From: Mobula hypostoma
Taxonomy: Eukaryota
Reading direction: 5' to 3'
Length of the DNA: 64,000 nucleotides
Assembly: GCF_963921235.1 (NCBI RefSeq)
Contig: NC_086097.1
Coordinates: 47,680,001-47,744,000, forward strand
The notes under the pieces were generated by a model. It was not told the origin of the DNA. It did no database searches and saw only the letters and a program-made list of their open reading frames with translations. A program made the position numbers and the translations under genes. Positions 61,899 to 64,000 of this stretch are shown here, one piece after another. Each line of letters begins with the position of its first letter. The stretch's first letter is position 1.

Positions 61899-64000
61899 TT
61901 TTTTTTTTATTTTTTTTTATTTTATATATATCAATGGAAAAAAAAAGAAAAAAAAACCCCCAAAAAAAAACCCACCGTGCAACTAACTAAAAGCAAAGCA
62001 AAGCAATGGGCTAACTTGAAACCAAACAGAGTTAAACTTAAAATCACGTCCTCAATCCCGACCTCCATTAAAACAGTGAAAAAAAAACAAGAAGGGTAAA
62101 TATTACATTAAATGAAAATATCGAATAAAAGGTCCCCAAATCTGTTCAAATTTAAATGAAGAGTCATGAAGGTTACTTCTAATTTTCTCCAGATTCAAAC
62201 ATAAAATCGTCTGAGAAAACCAAAAAAAGGTAGTTGGAGCATTAAGCTCTTTCCAATGTTGTAAAATACATCTTTTCGCCATTAAAGTAAGAAATGCAAT
62301 CATTCTACGGGCTGAAGGGGAAAGATTACTAGAAATTTTAGGTAGTCCAAAGATAGCAGTAATAGGGTGAGGAGAGATATCTATATTTAATACCTTAGAA
62401 ATAATATTGAAAATATCTCTCCAAAAAGTTTCCAAAGTAGGGCAAGACCAAAACATATGAGTTAAAGAGGCTATCTGCCCCGAACATCTATCACAGAAAG
62501 GATTAATATGCGAGTAAAAACGCGCTAACTTATCTTTGGACATATGTGCTCTATGCACCACTTTAAATTGAATTAGGGAATGTTTAGCACAAATAGAAGA
62601 AGTATTAACTAATTGTAAAATCTGCCCCCAATCATCCACAGAAATGGTAAGCCCCAATTCCTGTTCCCAATCTACCCTAATCTTATCAAATGGAGCTTTC
62701 CTGAGTTTCATAATAATATTATAAATCATAGCCGATGCACCTTTCTGACATGGATTAAGGTTAATTATCGAATCTAAAATATATATAGGAGGAAGCATTG
62801 GAAAAGAAGGAAGTATAGTACTTAGAAAATTTCTAACTTGTAAATATCTAAAAAAATGTATTCTTGATAGGTTATATTTATTAGATAATTGTTCAAAAGA
62901 CATAAGGGAACCATCTAAAAATAAATCCAAAAACCGTAAAATACCCTTAGTCTTCCAAGTTTGAAAAGCGCGATCCGTAAAAGAGGGAGGAAAAAATATG
63001 TTACCTAAAATAGGAATCGCTAACCCGAATTGATTAAGATCAAAAAATTTTCTGAATTGAAACCAAATACGCAAAGCATATTTAACGATCGGGTTAGAAA
63101 CCTGCTTAAGGCGTTTCGAATCAAAAGGAAGAGATGAACCTAAAATAGAACCAAGTGTATAACCCTGAACAGATTGTAATTCCAATGCTACCCATTTAGG
63201 AATAGATAGTATATCCCGGTCAAGTAACCAAAATTTCATATGTCGAATATTAATAGCCCAATAATAAAATCTAAAGTTAGGTAATGCTAAACCTCCATCT
63301 CTCTTAGCTTTCTGTAAATGTATTTTACCCAGTCTCGGATTCTTATTCTGCCAAATAAATGAAGAAATTTTAGAGTCGACTTTATCAAAAAAAGATTTAG
63401 GAACGAAAATTGGTAATGCCTGAAACACATATAAAAATTTTGGCAAAAAAAACATCTTAACTGCATTAATACGACCAATCAAAGTTAAATATAAAGGAAA
63501 CCATTTAGATGAAAGTTGAGTAATATGGTCTATTAATGGTAAAAAGTTAGTCTTAAATAAATCTTTATGTTTACAAGTAATTTTAATCCCAAGATATGAA
63601 AGGTAATTATTAATCAATTTAAATGGAAATTTATAATATAAGGGAAGATGTTTATTAATCGGAAAAAGTTCACTCTTACTAAGATTTAATTTATAACCTG
63701 AGAAAAGACCAAATTGTGCTAATAACTCTAAAACAGCAGGAATAGATCTCTCAGGATTAGAAATATATAAAAGTAAATCATCAGCATAGAGTGATAATTT
63801 ATGGGACTTTAATCCCCGAGTTATCCCAGTAATATTTGAAGATTCTCGAATAGCAATTGCAAGAGGTTCTAATGCAATATCAAATAATAGGGGACTAAGA
63901 GGACAGCCTTGTCGAGTACCACGAAAGAGAGGGAAAAAAGGTGAGTTTAAAGAGTTAGTACGAACCGAGGCTACAGGGGAGTGATATAACAGTTTAATCC
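61899..64000 (-). mobile_element. L1-clade LINE with an uninterrupted ORF2 3' part (62103 to window end) and A-rich tail
   Basis: RGTRQGCPLSPLLF, SLYADD, SGYKLNLSKS, GGLALPNF and the CDRC...HMFWSC knuckle. I saw no stop from 64000 to 62103. The T-rich tract at 61899-61923 is the poly(A). Confidence 0.93.

Noticed and set aside
1..64000. Prokaryotic RT-based or defence systems (retron, DGR, CRISPR, group II intron)
   Set aside because: All RT and nuclease motifs belong to eukaryotic non-LTR or Penelope elements. The host genes have spliceosomal introns and there is no repeat-spacer array.

Overview
This is eukaryotic vertebrate DNA, not prokaryotic. The repeat families suggest a cartilaginous fish, probably a ray (inference). 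Three host genes lie in the conserved order PPP1R13B - ATP5MJ - TDRD9. PPP1R13B/ASPP1 is represented only by its first coding exon (minus strand, 'MMP', ~15.06 kb). ATP5MJ (6.8PL/MP68) is complete, with three coding exons giving 54 aa (minus strand, 18.6-22.4 kb), and is missed by the ORF track. TDRD9, the piRNA-pathway helicase, shows exons 1-4 in frame (plus strand, 27.1-52.8 kb). Most of the rest is transposon-derived: CR1, Rex1/Babar-like, RTE, L1, RLE-type (HERO/NeSL-like) and Penelope-like retroelements, tRNA-derived SINEs, and hAT, Tigger and Harbinger DNA elements, often nested. TDRD9 intron 1 holds a ZFAND5 processed pseudogene. The most interesting non-coding signal is a family of minimal hammerhead-ribozyme motifs at Penelope ends, several built into short palindromic inserts, two of which have clear target-site duplications. 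I found no convincing, wholly new biological system. Gene and TE-family names come from recalled sequence motifs, not database searches, and TE boundaries are approximate unless a TSD is quoted.
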